Positions 50,363-60,492 are shown, numbered from the stretch's first letter. The stretch: 64,000 nucleotides of DNA from Candidatus Fermentibacterota bacterium (GCA_963845085.1 CAWJQI010000004.1:96001-160000), one strand, 5' to 3'. Program-made: numbers and translations. Notes: generated from the letters alone by a model not told the origin.

Positions 50363-52896
50363 ATCATTCTTCCCGCGCTTGTGTCACCTGCTGAACGAAC
50401 AACAAGATAGTACACCCCCGAGGGCAACCCCGGGGGAAGCCCGAGCGAACGCTCCTGCAGGCCGGGTTCAAGGATCACGGGGTCAAGCACCATCCTTCCG
50501 GCCAGATCGAAAACAAGCAATGAAACAGGGCCGATGCCTCCGGAAACAAAGAAGTGCACCTCACCGGCCGTGACCGGATTCGGTCGTATCGACCGGATCA
50601 GGACGTCACCGCCTTCGCACTGGAACCATGATGGATTTGCCGTGCCGGGAGTTCCCGGCTGCTCCGCCGCTTCCCAGGATGCCGGCTGAGAGAGGTCGGC
50701 TGATGGATCAATCGCGGCGATGATGCCGGATTCTGCTTCCGGCCAGGGTGGGTCTTGGGAATAGCTGACGAGATCGGTCGGGTGCCCTGCCCTGTTGATG
50801 AAACGAAGGGTTTCTCCATCGGATGAAAGGCTGAAACCCATGTCCAGCACCGGGCAGCCCGGATCGGGGAATTGTTCGAGGAAAAGATCCGTGTTGGACG
50901 CGAGTACGAGAAAGCCGAACGGAGGCATCAGTGTGCCTTCCGGGAACACCATGCGTCCGGGATCCGAACCGGCAATTCCGGCATTGGACAGATCAAGCCA
51001 GTCCCCTCCCGGGTTGTAGCACTCGATCCAGTCGCCCGGGTTGGCGTTCACCGGCTGCGCGTACGAGATCTCCGTGACAAGCGGGTGATCGTTCGTGGGA
51101 CGGATTGTCCGCTCGGACAGCGGGACCATGTGACTGATGCCGAAACACCAGCCGGGATCGAAAAGCGTTGCCCAGGAGCCGGTGGCGGAGATGGCGCTGC
51201 AATCCCCCACAACCGTCCTTCCCGGGAGCTCGGTTGAGAACGCCTCGGAATTGCTGGCGACGAACAAGGTCTCACCCGGGGCCAGTATCAGGTTCTCCGG
51301 GAAAAAGACCCTGTACGGAGGATCGCCCACGGCAAGATAGCACAGCGAGAGGTCCATCGCTGAACCGCTTTCGTTGACCATTGGAAGCGCCCATAATGAA
51401 GGACCGAGCCTGATCGGTTGTGCAGGAAGAAGCAGGGAGGGGTTCGGAGCTGCCTCAACCCTTACTGCGGAGGGAAGAGCCTCCTCGTTGTAGACCCCGC
51501 TGAAAACTGAATATGGAGGAAAGAACAGGGGTGGCTCCGGCCAGGAAAGGTCGATCTGGCACATCTTGACGAAGAAATGAAGGTCATCGCCGAGCCATTC
51601 GTCGGCGCTGATCATCACGCTCCATTCCTTTCTGCCGGTCCAGGCCACGGGCTGCATTTCCTTTTCGAAAATGAGCCCCGAATCGGAATAGGCGAAGAGG
51701 CGGCACCAGAACAGGGAATCCGAGGAGTACGCAGTGATGGCAATGCTGTCGGTTCCGGGGGTTATCCAGGAAGGTGCTGCAAAAAGGGAGAGCGAGTCGG
51801 GTCTGCTGTGGTGGGAGGCGAAGCCGGGAAGCATCTCGGCGCGCTCTGTTATAAACCACCTGAGGCTGTCGCACGCTGCTTCGAAATCGTCAATGGTCCC
51901 CTGTCTCAGAGGATCGAGCATTACATCGGCGCGTATCGCACTCCTTACGGAATCAAGGCACGCTGTCAATTCCGTCGCCATGATCGACGCAGCATCATCC
52001 AGCATCTCGTGGAATGCCTGCCTGTGAACGGGATCCCTCATGATGCCTTGAAACAGCGGGGAGACAAGCATCTGATCCGTGTACGGCCATCCCGCCAGTT
52101 CCCGATGAAATTCACCCTGCCAGTCGTTTCCGAACGATGAATCATGATCCCATGGAAAGTAGCGCCATACGCCGTCTGCTCCAAGGCTCAAGTAGTAGTT
52201 CTTGCACGGACCATCCTGCTCCATCATTGCCAAATTCGCAACCATATTGCCGATAAGCGGTTCCATGTCGATCGAGTTCTCGAACCCACCGTGGCCGCAC
52301 ACGGATTCAATCAGTCGGAGCAGTTCCGGAAGCATCCATTCGTCACCGGTCCGCCACTCGAATCCATCCCCCCTGGGATGGCCGGAGAGGAAGGGTGAGA
52401 ACCTGCCTGCACCGCTGACGGCTTTGAAAAACGCCCCGTCGGAAAGACCGTTCCTTGTCAGAAACCCCTCGTCGATCCGCTCGGTCTCAAGGTAGACGCC
52501 CATGTTCTCGCCATTTATGGACAGGGTAACATGCCTCGTGAGGGGTGCGGGGTATCCCATCCTCCTCACCAGCTCCATCGCAAGGTGGTTTCTCATCATC
52601 GAGAGATCCCTGTAGTGGGCGTCGAGATTGACCCTGGAGCGGCCTGTAAGCCCTTCATCGAACACATCGATCCGCCATGACTTCTTGGGGAGATGAACCG
52701 ATGTGGTGCCACGGAAGCCAACCAGGCAGTCACTCTCCCCCGCGGGGCAAGAGATGTGTGCCGGGTACATGGCTTCCGATTCGGGATAGCTGTAAAGCTC
52801 TTCGAGATGCTGCGGATCCATGACCATCTCGTAATGCCACAGACCCTGTGCCTGAATTGCAGATACGAGCAGGAACAGGAAGGTCACAGCGTGCAC
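50350..52896 (-). CDS. CotH-family kinase with lamin-tail domain and sorting tail
   Basis: FRGTTS..PKKS, DGPCKNY, PWDHD; collinear paralog of 47825-50362. Confidence 0.87.
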   Translation of the reverse strand: MHAVTFLFLLVSAIQAQGLWHYEMVMDPQHLEELYSYPESEAMYPAHISCPAGESDCLVGFRGTTSVHLPKKSWRIDVFDEGLTGRSRVNLDAHYRDLSMMRNHLAMELVRRMGYPAPLTRHVTLSINGENMGVYLETERIDEGFLTRNGLSDGAFFKAVSGAGRFSPFLSGHPRGDGFEWRTGDEWMLPELLRLIESVCGHGGFENSIDMEPLIGNMVANLAMMEQDGPCKNYYLSLGADGVWRYFPWDHDSSFGNDWQGEFHRELAGWPYTDQMLVSPLFQGIMRDPVHRQAFHEMLDDAASIMATELTACLDSVRSAIRADVMLDPLRQGTIDDFEAACDSLRWFITERAEMLPGFASHHSRPDSLSLFAAPSWITPGTDSIAITAYSSDSLFWCRLFAYSDSGLIFEKEMQPVAWTGRKEWSVMISADEWLGDDLHFFVKMCQIDLSWPEPPLFFPPYSVFSGVYNEEALPSAVRVEAAPNPSLLLPAQPIRLGPSLWALPMVNESGSAMDLSLCYLAVGDPPYRVFFPENLILAPGETLFVASNSEAFSTELPGRTVVGDCSAISATGSWATLFDPGWCFGISHMVPLSERTIRPTNDHPLVTEISYAQPVNANPGDWIECYNPGGDWLDLSNAGIAGSDPGRMVFPEGTLMPPFGFLVLASNTDLFLEQFPDPGCPVLDMGFSLSSDGETLRFINRAGHPTDLVSYSQDPPWPEAESGIIAAIDPSADLSQPASWEAAEQPGTPGTANPSWFQCEGGDVLIRSIRPNPVTAGEVHFFVSGGIGPVSLLVFDLAGRMVLDPVILEPGLQERSLGLPPGLPSGVYYLVVRSAGDTSAGRMIWLR

Positions 52897-52928
52897 CCCT
52901 CCAATTCCATGCCTCCTTTCGCGGCTTC

Positions 52929-53621
52929 TCAGTACTCCACGTCGTTGCAGGATGAAACCATGTTCACATTGTCCACGCCGACGAGTGCGTTAAGGCTCGT
53001 GGCAATGGCGGCGGGAGTGGTCCCGGGGGAAAGCCTGATGTCGTAGGTGAGGATCAGGTACTTGCCGCCGCCGGAGGGCTCAACATGGATCAGGGTGCTG
53101 TTTCTGGAGAGCCTGCGGATGATCTCGACGTGTTGTTCCTCGCCGCCGGCCTCGCGGTCGTACCGGAACCTCAGGATGAACTCGCTCTGCATCATGCTGC
53201 CGTAGTTGGTTTTGGCGAGCAGCCAGGCCACGATGCAGATGAACACCGTGGAGAGCACGGCAAGCCTGATGTTTGCCGTGCCGCATGCTATGCCTTCAGT
53301 GAGGGCAAAGAAGATGAACGCCGTGTCACGGGTGTCTTTGACCACTGTCCTGAATCGCACTATGGTGAGGGCGCCCACCAGCGCGAAGGCTCTGGCCAGG
53401 TTGCTTCCGATCACCATCATCACGGAACAGACGATAAGGCTCATCAGGACAAGCGTGATTACGAGTGATTGGGAGTATGAGAGCCCCCTGTGGGTCCTGC
53501 GGTACACGTACCCGATGAAGAGGCCGATCAGAAGCGATGCGAGAAGGTTCTCGAAAACATATAGAAGACTGTACCCCATGGTCTGGTCAACCTCGGTGAA
53601 CCAGGAGATCAAAGCGGCCAA
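52929..53621 (-). CDS. DUF4956 membrane protein
   Basis: VIGSNLARAFALVGALTIVRFRTVVKDTRD signature; TM helices plus soluble C-terminal domain. Confidence 0.88.
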   Translation of the reverse strand: MAALISWFTEVDQTMGYSLLYVFENLLASLLIGLFIGYVYRRTHRGLSYSQSLVITLVLMSLIVCSVMMVIGSNLARAFALVGALTIVRFRTVVKDTRDTAFIFFALTEGIACGTANIRLAVLSTVFICIVAWLLAKTNYGSMMQSEFILRFRYDREAGGEEQHVEIIRRLSRNSTLIHVEPSGGGKYLILTYDIRLSPGTTPAAIATSLNALVGVDNVNMVSSCNDVEY

Positions 53622-54391
53622 CTGCGCCCCCTCTCAACCATCCTGTCAAGCATGGAACGGGAGTTGAGCATCCATAAACGCTCTCCTGCCGTGTGAAACT
53701 TGGAGAACGAGATGCGTGTAAGCTCAAGGCCCTGCGTCAGCCTGTGAAACCAGGCGGGGAGATGGTAACGGAACTTTATCTCAAGCACTGAGAAATCCGA
53801 TGAAAGGTCTTCTTCGTTCCCTGTGGGAAGGCCGTCCCTTCCCGCCTTCCATGCGGTAACCCCCCTGTCGATGGTAGCCCGGAAATCCGGGTTGGCTGCG
53901 TTCTCAAAAGCGGTTCTTCTGTAGTCAACCACAAGGCTCGGGGAAAGCCTGTTCCTGAAACAGTCCGCCACGAAATGGCGCCCCACGCCGTTGCAGCCCT
54001 CGCTGTCCATGACAAAACCGCAGAGCTTCGAGGTACCTCCCGCCAGAGCTTCCCGGAGCCCCTCGGCCGGCATGATGTGCCTGTGCTTGTAAACAAGGCA
54101 GTCCTGCTTGCCTTTCAGCTCGAGGAACACAGGATCGGCCGAGCCCGGGTTATACGACCTGATCCGGAACTTGTACCTCGAGTGAAGACCGTCGGTTTTC
54201 TGCTGGTGATATGCGAAATTGGATGTGTCGAAATATAGGCTCCTGACGCTGTACGACCCGTCTGCTGCGGAATGAGAGTCACGCTCCATCCGGTTTTCGA
54301 TGGCGCCAAGAACGGAGGTCTCCGTCTGACCGGAGACAAGGTATTTGAACTCGTACCTGTGAAAATGCAGCTTGCGCATGGATGAATCCAT
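53609..54391 (-). CDS. VTC-domain (polyphosphate polymerase / CYTH tunnel) protein
   Basis: RYEFKY, VRSLYFDT, KFRIRSY, FLELK, YRR.AF, RATID, VLEIKF, FSKF. Confidence 0.9.
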   Translation of the reverse strand: MDSSMRKLHFHRYEFKYLVSGQTETSVLGAIENRMERDSHSAADGSYSVRSLYFDTSNFAYHQQKTDGLHSRYKFRIRSYNPGSADPVFLELKGKQDCLVYKHRHIMPAEGLREALAGGTSKLCGFVMDSEGCNGVGRHFVADCFRNRLSPSLVVDYRRTAFENAANPDFRATIDRGVTAWKAGRDGLPTGNEEDLSSDFSVLEIKFRYHLPAWFHRLTQGLELTRISFSKFHTAGERLWMLNSRSMLDRMVERGRSWPL

Positions 54392-55416
54392 CAGAACCTG
54401 ACCCCCAGCTCCGTGATGTAGTCGGTGCAATCATCCCGGGAATCATCCTGAAAGCTCCTGTTGATCATCGTGAACCTGAGCCTTGTTCTGGAGGTCATCC
54501 AGACCCCTATCAAAGGCGCGACGAAACTCTCCTCATCCGAGCCGTCCACCTCCGGCGCAAGCACAGACCAAGAGACTCCGGCTTCGATGGATCTTATCCC
54601 GGGAACGCTCCCGAGCCTTTGTTCCAGGACCCCTGAAGCCCAGTAGCCCCTGAAACCGGGCGGGGTTTCACCGTAGATCACATCGGCTTCATCCCAGTTG
54701 TCTCCCGCAACGTACTCGGCATCAAGCTCTAGCCTTGTGCTGAAAGTGACGGGCTGATCCAGCCTGAGGAATGCAGAGAACGCCTGCATGCTCCCGGAGG
54801 AGGCATATCCCGAGGGCAGCATCGGGTCGTATTCCCCGAGGCGCAGGCTTGACAGAGCGCCCCCCATGGTCAGGGCGGCCACGGGCTCGAACTCGATGGA
54901 AGCGGTGTACATCTTTTCCCTCTCATTCCCGGGGCCGTTAAAAACTCCGAGAGAGAGCGTAGACTGAAGCGGAACAGGCGATGAAAGCTCGACCATTGCT
55001 CCCGTTGAGCGGTCGGAGTATCCCAGGTCGCCGGCAAGATCGTGTATCAGCGGACGCTCCACTGAAAGAAGGTTCCAGTTGGACGTGGATGTTGCCATGC
55101 AGAAGGGCTTTTTAAACAGCCCCGCTGTCAGTTCCAGATAGTCGAGTGGCGACCAGGAGATGATGCAGTCCTTGAGATAGACCTCGTCGGGTCGCGTTTC
55201 CACCTCAATTTCGACGGCGAGGTTCCCCCCGAGGTCTGAGCCGGCGGTCAGGCTTGCCCGCTTGATGAGGAATTCACCGATCGGGCCGCATGTGATCTCG
55301 CCGAGCATCTCATGCCGGGCGTACACCTGCCCGGAAAGCTCTACGGCTGCAGCCGGCGCGACCAGGGCCGAGGCCATGAACAGAGCATGCAGATGGCTGA
55401 ACGAAAAAAAACGCAT
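54391..55416 (-). CDS. Outer-membrane porin (OprO/OprP-like)
   Basis: Signal peptide; F.IKRA.L, LKD, L.AGLFKKPF, VER, GVFNG; C-terminal ELGVRF beta-signal. Confidence 0.72.
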   Translation of the reverse strand: MRFFSFSHLHALFMASALVAPAAAVELSGQVYARHEMLGEITCGPIGEFLIKRASLTAGSDLGGNLAVEIEVETRPDEVYLKDCIISWSPLDYLELTAGLFKKPFCMATSTSNWNLLSVERPLIHDLAGDLGYSDRSTGAMVELSSPVPLQSTLSLGVFNGPGNEREKMYTASIEFEPVAALTMGGALSSLRLGEYDPMLPSGYASSGSMQAFSAFLRLDQPVTFSTRLELDAEYVAGDNWDEADVIYGETPPGFRGYWASGVLEQRLGSVPGIRSIEAGVSWSVLAPEVDGSDEESFVAPLIGVWMTSRTRLRFTMINRSFQDDSRDDCTDYITELGVRF

Positions 55417-55473
55417 TTTCCACACTCCGTTACTGGATTGGAAAGCTGAATATAGCGGTATGTCCGTGTTCCG

Positions 55474-56541
55474 TCAGAGCCAACCCTTTCTGCGGAACCA
55501 GAGCAGCATTCCGATGGCGATCAGCGCACAGAGCAGCAGAACCGCCGGATAGGCCCATGGATATGAAAGTTCCGGCATGCGTCTGAAGTTCATTCCGTAG
55601 ATGCCGGCAATGAATGTGAGCGGTATGAAGATGGTCGAGATTATCGTCAGGACCTTCATTACGCTGTTCGTACGGTTGCTCACGCTGGACAGGTACACGT
55701 CGAGGAGCCCCGAGGCCATGTCCCGGAAGGACTCAACCGTGTCCATGATCTGTATGGTATGGTCGTGAAGGTCCCTGATAAAGGGCTGAGTCCCCGGTTT
55801 TACCAGTGCCAGTGCATCGCGCATCAGGATGGCAAGGCCGTCGCGCAGCGGCCATACCGCCCTTCTCAGAAGGATCAGCTCACGCTTGAGCCTGTGGATC
55901 ATGTTTGCGACTTCCTGGCCCGCGTGATCCGTGACCTGATCCTCTATGGCGTCGACGTCCTCCCCCATCTTCTCCAGTGCAAGGAAGTAATTGTCGATGA
56001 CCGCGTCCATCAGGGCATAGGCGAGGTAATCGGCGCCCTGTTTCCTGATCAGACCCTTGCCGGAGCGTATCCTTTCCCTCACCGGATCGAACACGTCCCC
56101 CTCTTTCTCCTGGAAGGTGATCACCACGCTGTCCGCAAGGATGATGCTGACCTGTTCGATGTCCAGTTCCCCGATTTTCTCATCATATCTTATCATTTTG
56201 ACCACCATATAGATGTGGTCATCGTAAACTTCCACCTTGGGACGCTGGCTGGTATGGAGAATGTCCTCCTGGACCAGGGGATGCACCCCGTAACCACTGC
56301 ACAGCTTCGCCACGAGATCGGTGTCGGACAACCCCGTGACATTCAGCCATTTCACCCTGGGTGATTCTTTGCGGAGCATGGCTGTTTCGACTGAAACCGA
56401 GCCTGTCTCGGTGACTCCGGTTCCGTCGAATTCGATCAGTTCGAGGCTGACTGCCGATGCGTGTTTCTCTCCGACATGTATGAGCGTTCCCGGTGCCTTG
56501 CCCGATTTAAGGCTGTGCCCCCTGGCGTAAAGACGGCTCAT
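55474..56541 (-). CDS. corA: Magnesium/cobalt transporter CorA
   Basis: HPLVQEDI..QRPK, FQEKEGDVF, GIYGMNF, MPEL. Confidence 0.95.
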   Translation of the reverse strand: MSRLYARGHSLKSGKAPGTLIHVGEKHASAVSLELIEFDGTGVTETGSVSVETAMLRKESPRVKWLNVTGLSDTDLVAKLCSGYGVHPLVQEDILHTSQRPKVEVYDDHIYMVVKMIRYDEKIGELDIEQVSIILADSVVITFQEKEGDVFDPVRERIRSGKGLIRKQGADYLAYALMDAVIDNYFLALEKMGEDVDAIEDQVTDHAGQEVANMIHRLKRELILLRRAVWPLRDGLAILMRDALALVKPGTQPFIRDLHDHTIQIMDTVESFRDMASGLLDVYLSSVSNRTNSVMKVLTIISTIFIPLTFIAGIYGMNFRRMPELSYPWAYPAVLLLCALIAIGMLLWFRRKGWL

Positions 56542-56612
56542 GCGATCCCCTTTCCGCAATCTTCCATATTCGCGGAAGATGGGGAAGAATCGACCCGCAC
56601 GCCAGTGCGACA

Positions 56613-56634
56613 CCCGCTTCTTGCGTGAAGCGGG
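56613..56634. terminator. Intergenic hairpin
   Basis: CCCGCTTC-TTGCGT-GAAGCGGG downstream of the propeller lipoprotein; no clear T-tract. Confidence 0.4.
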
Positions 56635-56661
56635 CGGTTGCGGGTTCAGGGGGGGATTCAG

Positions 56662-57771
56662 CTACTCGGCGGGATGGGGATAATCAATGATGTACAGCTT
56701 CTGCCACTCCACGGGATTCAACGGGTATGCCACGACGGCATCGGGTCCGAAACAATAGTCCCACACGGTGCCGTCCATCGCGGGCATGTTCACTGTGAAC
56801 AGCTGGTTTCCATCGTAGTCATACACGTCGAACACGGGTTCGGCCACTGTCCCCCGGCGAATCCAGAGACGCTCCATGCCGTCGGTTTCGACCTCTGCGA
56901 TCGCATCACGGCATGGGTCGGGCGTGAAGCTGATAACGACTCCCGACGCTCCAACGCTTGAGAGATACCCTTCGATCCACTCCTTCTCCTCCTGGATCTC
57001 TTCGGGTGTCTTGTTCACCGGGGGGCATTCCCTCTCGATGGTGAGAAACCTCTCACCCCCGGCTCTGAAACCCTCCACAATGTAGTCGGGGGAAAGGTGC
57101 GCGAGAAAAACGTTCCCCTGCCTGTCCGCTGTGAACACAAACCCGTAGAGGCTGTTTCTGAGCATGTGGGTTATGTCCGTCGGATCAAACGGGAAAGAGT
57201 TTTCCCAGTAGATGACGGAAGGCTCTTCGTCCCCCTCTTCGTACCTGCCGATCAGAACGCGGCATTCCAATTCGTCGCCAACCTCCTGCACCGAGAATCG
57301 AATCGCAATGAAAGCGCTTCCGTCAGCGCCACGCAGCTGCATCGGGGGGTTGTTCAGAAATGGGGTCACGAGGCCCAGCCACTCACCATCCATTGAGAAG
57401 GCATGCAAACCGCCGCTCCATGGAGAGCAGACCATAACCCTGCCGTCCTCGGTCACATACATGTCCAGCGGGTTCATGAGCTCACCAGGACCGCTCCCCC
57501 TTCGACCGAATGATCCGACAAATCCGCCGTCAGCCGAGTAGCGGCTGACCCGGCATGCCGCCCTGTCCAGCACCAGGATGTCACCCTCCATGTCAAAACA
57601 GGCTGACTGGATCCAGCCGAACACATAGCAGCTGTCTCCGATCTCGATCCCGATCGAATCCCTGAGAGTGGATTCGAGAATCGTTGGGGCGTTGTTCGAC
57701 GCATCCGTTCCAGGGTTGCCTGAACCGCAGGCGAGAAGCAACATGCAGGAAAGCAGCGCCATCTTTTTCAA
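56662..57771 (-). CDS. 6-bladed beta-propeller (NHL-like) lipoprotein
   Basis: Lipobox LLAC; GDILVLD, FGRRGSGPGE..P, FDVYD.DG. Confidence 0.8.
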   Translation of the reverse strand: MKKMALLSCMLLLACGSGNPGTDASNNAPTILESTLRDSIGIEIGDSCYVFGWIQSACFDMEGDILVLDRAACRVSRYSADGGFVGSFGRRGSGPGELMNPLDMYVTEDGRVMVCSPWSGGLHAFSMDGEWLGLVTPFLNNPPMQLRGADGSAFIAIRFSVQEVGDELECRVLIGRYEEGDEEPSVIYWENSFPFDPTDITHMLRNSLYGFVFTADRQGNVFLAHLSPDYIVEGFRAGGERFLTIERECPPVNKTPEEIQEEKEWIEGYLSSVGASGVVISFTPDPCRDAIAEVETDGMERLWIRRGTVAEPVFDVYDYDGNQLFTVNMPAMDGTVWDYCFGPDAVVAYPLNPVEWQKLYIIDYPHPAE

Positions 57772-57842
57772 ACAGGGCCTCCTTCTCCGGTGTTCGGAAA
57801 ACGGACGGCCCTGTTCTGCCGAATGTTACACCGGCCCAGGCT

Positions 57843-58058
57843 TCAGCCCTTCCTCCGGGAAAGGTAGTTCGCCTTCACCCATGGCCAGTTGAGGGAGAGG
57901 TGCAAAAGCCCCAGCAGCAGCAGCAACATCCCTGCGATCGGATGCATGAGTTTGAAGTGCTCGTAAAAACTGAACCGGAGAAACCCGGTCGCACCCTGGT
58001 ACAGAAGGACGACGAACATGACGGGGTTCAGTGTCTTCAGCGCTTTCTGCCTGTTCAT
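57843..58058 (-). CDS. Small two-TM His-containing membrane protein (DUF4405-like)
   Basis: ATG..H...G....LHLSLNW.W. Confidence 0.65.
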   Translation of the reverse strand: MNRQKALKTLNPVMFVVLLYQGATGFLRFSFYEHFKLMHPIAGMLLLLLGLLHLSLNWPWVKANYLSRRKG

Positions 58059-58142
58059 GGCATTCCCTCCGCTGGTTTTCCTTTACGGGCCGTTCTCATT
58101 ATATGTTGTACCGGCCAGAAGTATAAACGAAAAGGAGAAGAC

Positions 58143-58691
58143 ATGATAAGGAGACTCGTGGGCTTTCAGGCACTGCTTCTAATGGTGCTCCTTCCCTCAT
58201 GCACCAACGGTTCCCAGGGGCAGGCCGAGTCAGCCGGAGGCCCCGGCGAACCGGTCGTTTACACTGCCGACGGTGTAACTCTCACCATGCACCTGTACAC
58301 CGACTCGATCCATGTCATCCTTTCAGCCCCCACGACCGGATGGGTCTCAGTCGGTTTCGAGCCGTCCCAGGTCATGAAGGACGCCGATATCTACATCGGT
58401 TATGTTGAAAACGGGACCGTTCTTCTCCGCGATGACTTCGGCACTGGAAACACCTCCCACGCTCCCGACACGAGCCTCGGCGGAGCAAGCAGTTACACAG
58501 GGCTTTCCGGAACGGAGAGCGGGGGGGTCACCGAGATATCCTTCATGATCGCCCGCAACCCGGGTGATCCGTATGACAAGGTTCTGACGGCGGGCGGCAC
58601 CTACAAGGTGCTTGTCGGGTACGGACCCGACGACGCCGACGATTTTACAACATACCACAGCTGGGTCAAATCGGTCGATCTCACTCTCTGA
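58143..58691 (+). CDS. DOMON-domain lipoprotein
   Basis: AGGAG RBS; lipobox LPSC; APTTGWVSVGF..MKDADI.IGYV; C-terminal H. Confidence 0.82.
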   Translation: MIRRLVGFQALLLMVLLPSCTNGSQGQAESAGGPGEPVVYTADGVTLTMHLYTDSIHVILSAPTTGWVSVGFEPSQVMKDADIYIGYVENGTVLLRDDFGTGNTSHAPDTSLGGASSYTGLSGTESGGVTEISFMIARNPGDPYDKVLTAGGTYKVLVGYGPDDADDFTTYHSWVKSVDLTL

Positions 58692-58710
58692 ATAGCGACG
58701 GGAGGCGGTC

Positions 58711-60492
58711 TTGCACAGCAACCCGGGGCTTTTGGAAGAGCTTGAAGCAGGGCTTTCGGATACGTTCGGAGCCGACCGCATTGATCTGCTGAACAGACTT
58801 GCGGCCATGGTCACGGAGATGGACCCGGGACGAGGGGAGATATTCGCTCAGGAAGCGATGGAGCTCTCCCGAGCCTGTGGAAACAACAGCGGAGAGGCTG
58901 CAGCCAATTTCAGCCTGGGCGATGCGGCAAGGGTCCGGGGAGACTACCGCCGGGCGCTTGAGCATTACTCCATAGCGCTCGACATGTTCGGCGCCCTGGG
59001 GAACATGGTTCAGAAGGGGCGCTGCCTCAGGCGCCTGGGAGACATCCACTACTTCGTCACCAACCTTGATCTTTCCATCCGCTATTACCTCAAGGCCCTG
59101 CGAGTCTTCGAGAATCTCGTCGAAAGGAACGGCCCCCCCGAGGCGCTCCTTCAGACCGGACACCTCCTCTCAACGATAGGAAATGTTCTGAAGGAGTCCG
59201 GCGATCTCAACAGCGCGCTCGAGTACTATCACAGGTCGCACGCTGTGTACCTGAAGGAAGGCTTTTCCACTGGAGTTTCCGGCGTTCTTCACAACATCGG
59301 TGACGTACTGCAGGAAAAGGGGCATCTCAGGGAGGCCGACGAGGTCTACAGGAAGGTTCTCGCAGATGCACTTGCCTCTGATGACAACTACCTGGCTTCA
59401 CTTGCCCTTTGCAGCCTCGGGTCGGTGTGTGTCGCCACTTCCGAATACGAGGAGGCAGGAGCCTGCTTTCAGCAGTCGATGGCCCTTTCGGAAGCGCTGG
59501 GGCGCAAACGGGGCATTCTTACCTGCCTGGTCAAACAGGCCGAACTGAAACGTCTGCAGGGGCTCCATTCCGATGCTCTTGAAATCGCGCTTAGAGCTGA
59601 AGACCTTGCCCGGGACCTTAACGACCGTGCAGCCCAGGCCCGGATCCTTCAGGAGAAGGCGATGCTCCAGAGCCTGACCGGCGATCCTGGAGGCGCCTTC
59701 GCATCCCTCTGCTGCCAGCAGAAGCTGACCGATGAGGTGCTTGCCGAGAAAAGGGTCCGGCAGATCGATGTTCTCAGGCTGCGATATGAGACTGAGTCGA
59801 AGGAGCGGGAGATAGAGCGCCTGCGGAGAGACCGCTCCATCCAGAGACTGATGATCGCAGGAGCCGCAGCCGGACTTGTACTGGCAGGCATTTCACTTTC
59901 CTCCGTGTACCGCAGCGTCCGCCTGCGATCCAGGGTCAACCGCGAACTCAGCGCCAAGAACTGCGAGCTGGCAACTGCTTACTCAAAGGTCGAGGAGCTT
60001 TCGAGAACCGATGACCTGACAGGGCTTGCCAACCGGCGGGCCATGCTGGAGCGCCTCAGGAACGAGCAGGCAAGATTTGCCAGGACCGGACGGAGCTTCG
60101 GCCTCATTCTCGGTGACATCGATGACTTCAAATCATGGAACGACAAGTGCGGCCATGCCTGTGGAGACTATCTTCTCGCCGAGCTCTCGAGCAGGATGAA
60201 GAGCGCCGTCAGAGAGCAGGACCTGGTTGCCAGGTGGGGCGGAGAGGAATTCCTCTTCCTACTTCCGGACACCGACAGGGAAAGTGCGGTGAAGGTCGCC
60301 GAAAAGCTTCGTGCTATGCTGCTCGACAAACCGTTCTTATGGAAGGGGCACCGAATTGACATGACCATGACCTTCGGAGTCTGCGAAGGCGGCCGTGTAC
60401 CGATCGATGAGGCCCTTCGAATGGCCGACACAGCGCTTTACAAGGGAAAGCGACTCGGCAGGAACAAGGTGGAGACAGTAAAGTCAGGGTAG
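58711..60492 (+). CDS. TPR-repeat diguanylate cyclase (GGDEF) with one TM
   Basis: TPR repeats; TDDLTGLANRR, DIDDFK..ND..GH, REQD I-site, RWGGEEF. Confidence 0.92.
   Translation: MHSNPGLLEELEAGLSDTFGADRIDLLNRLAAMVTEMDPGRGEIFAQEAMELSRACGNNSGEAAANFSLGDAARVRGDYRRALEHYSIALDMFGALGNMVQKGRCLRRLGDIHYFVTNLDLSIRYYLKALRVFENLVERNGPPEALLQTGHLLSTIGNVLKESGDLNSALEYYHRSHAVYLKEGFSTGVSGVLHNIGDVLQEKGHLREADEVYRKVLADALASDDNYLASLALCSLGSVCVATSEYEEAGACFQQSMALSEALGRKRGILTCLVKQAELKRLQGLHSDALEIALRAEDLARDLNDRAAQARILQEKAMLQSLTGDPGGAFASLCCQQKLTDEVLAEKRVRQIDVLRLRYETESKEREIERLRRDRSIQRLMIAGAAAGLVLAGISLSSVYRSVRLRSRVNRELSAKNCELATAYSKVEELSRTDDLTGLANRRAMLERLRNEQARFARTGRSFGLILGDIDDFKSWNDKCGHACGDYLLAELSSRMKSAVREQDLVARWGGEEFLFLLPDTDRESAVKVAEKLRAMLLDKPFLWKGHRIDMTMTFGVCEGGRVPIDEALRMADTALYKGKRLGRNKVETVKSG

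Noticed and set aside
57684..58142. Long N-terminal extension of the DOMON ORF
   Set aside because: Overlaps two opposite-strand genes; RBS and lipoprotein signal start at 58143
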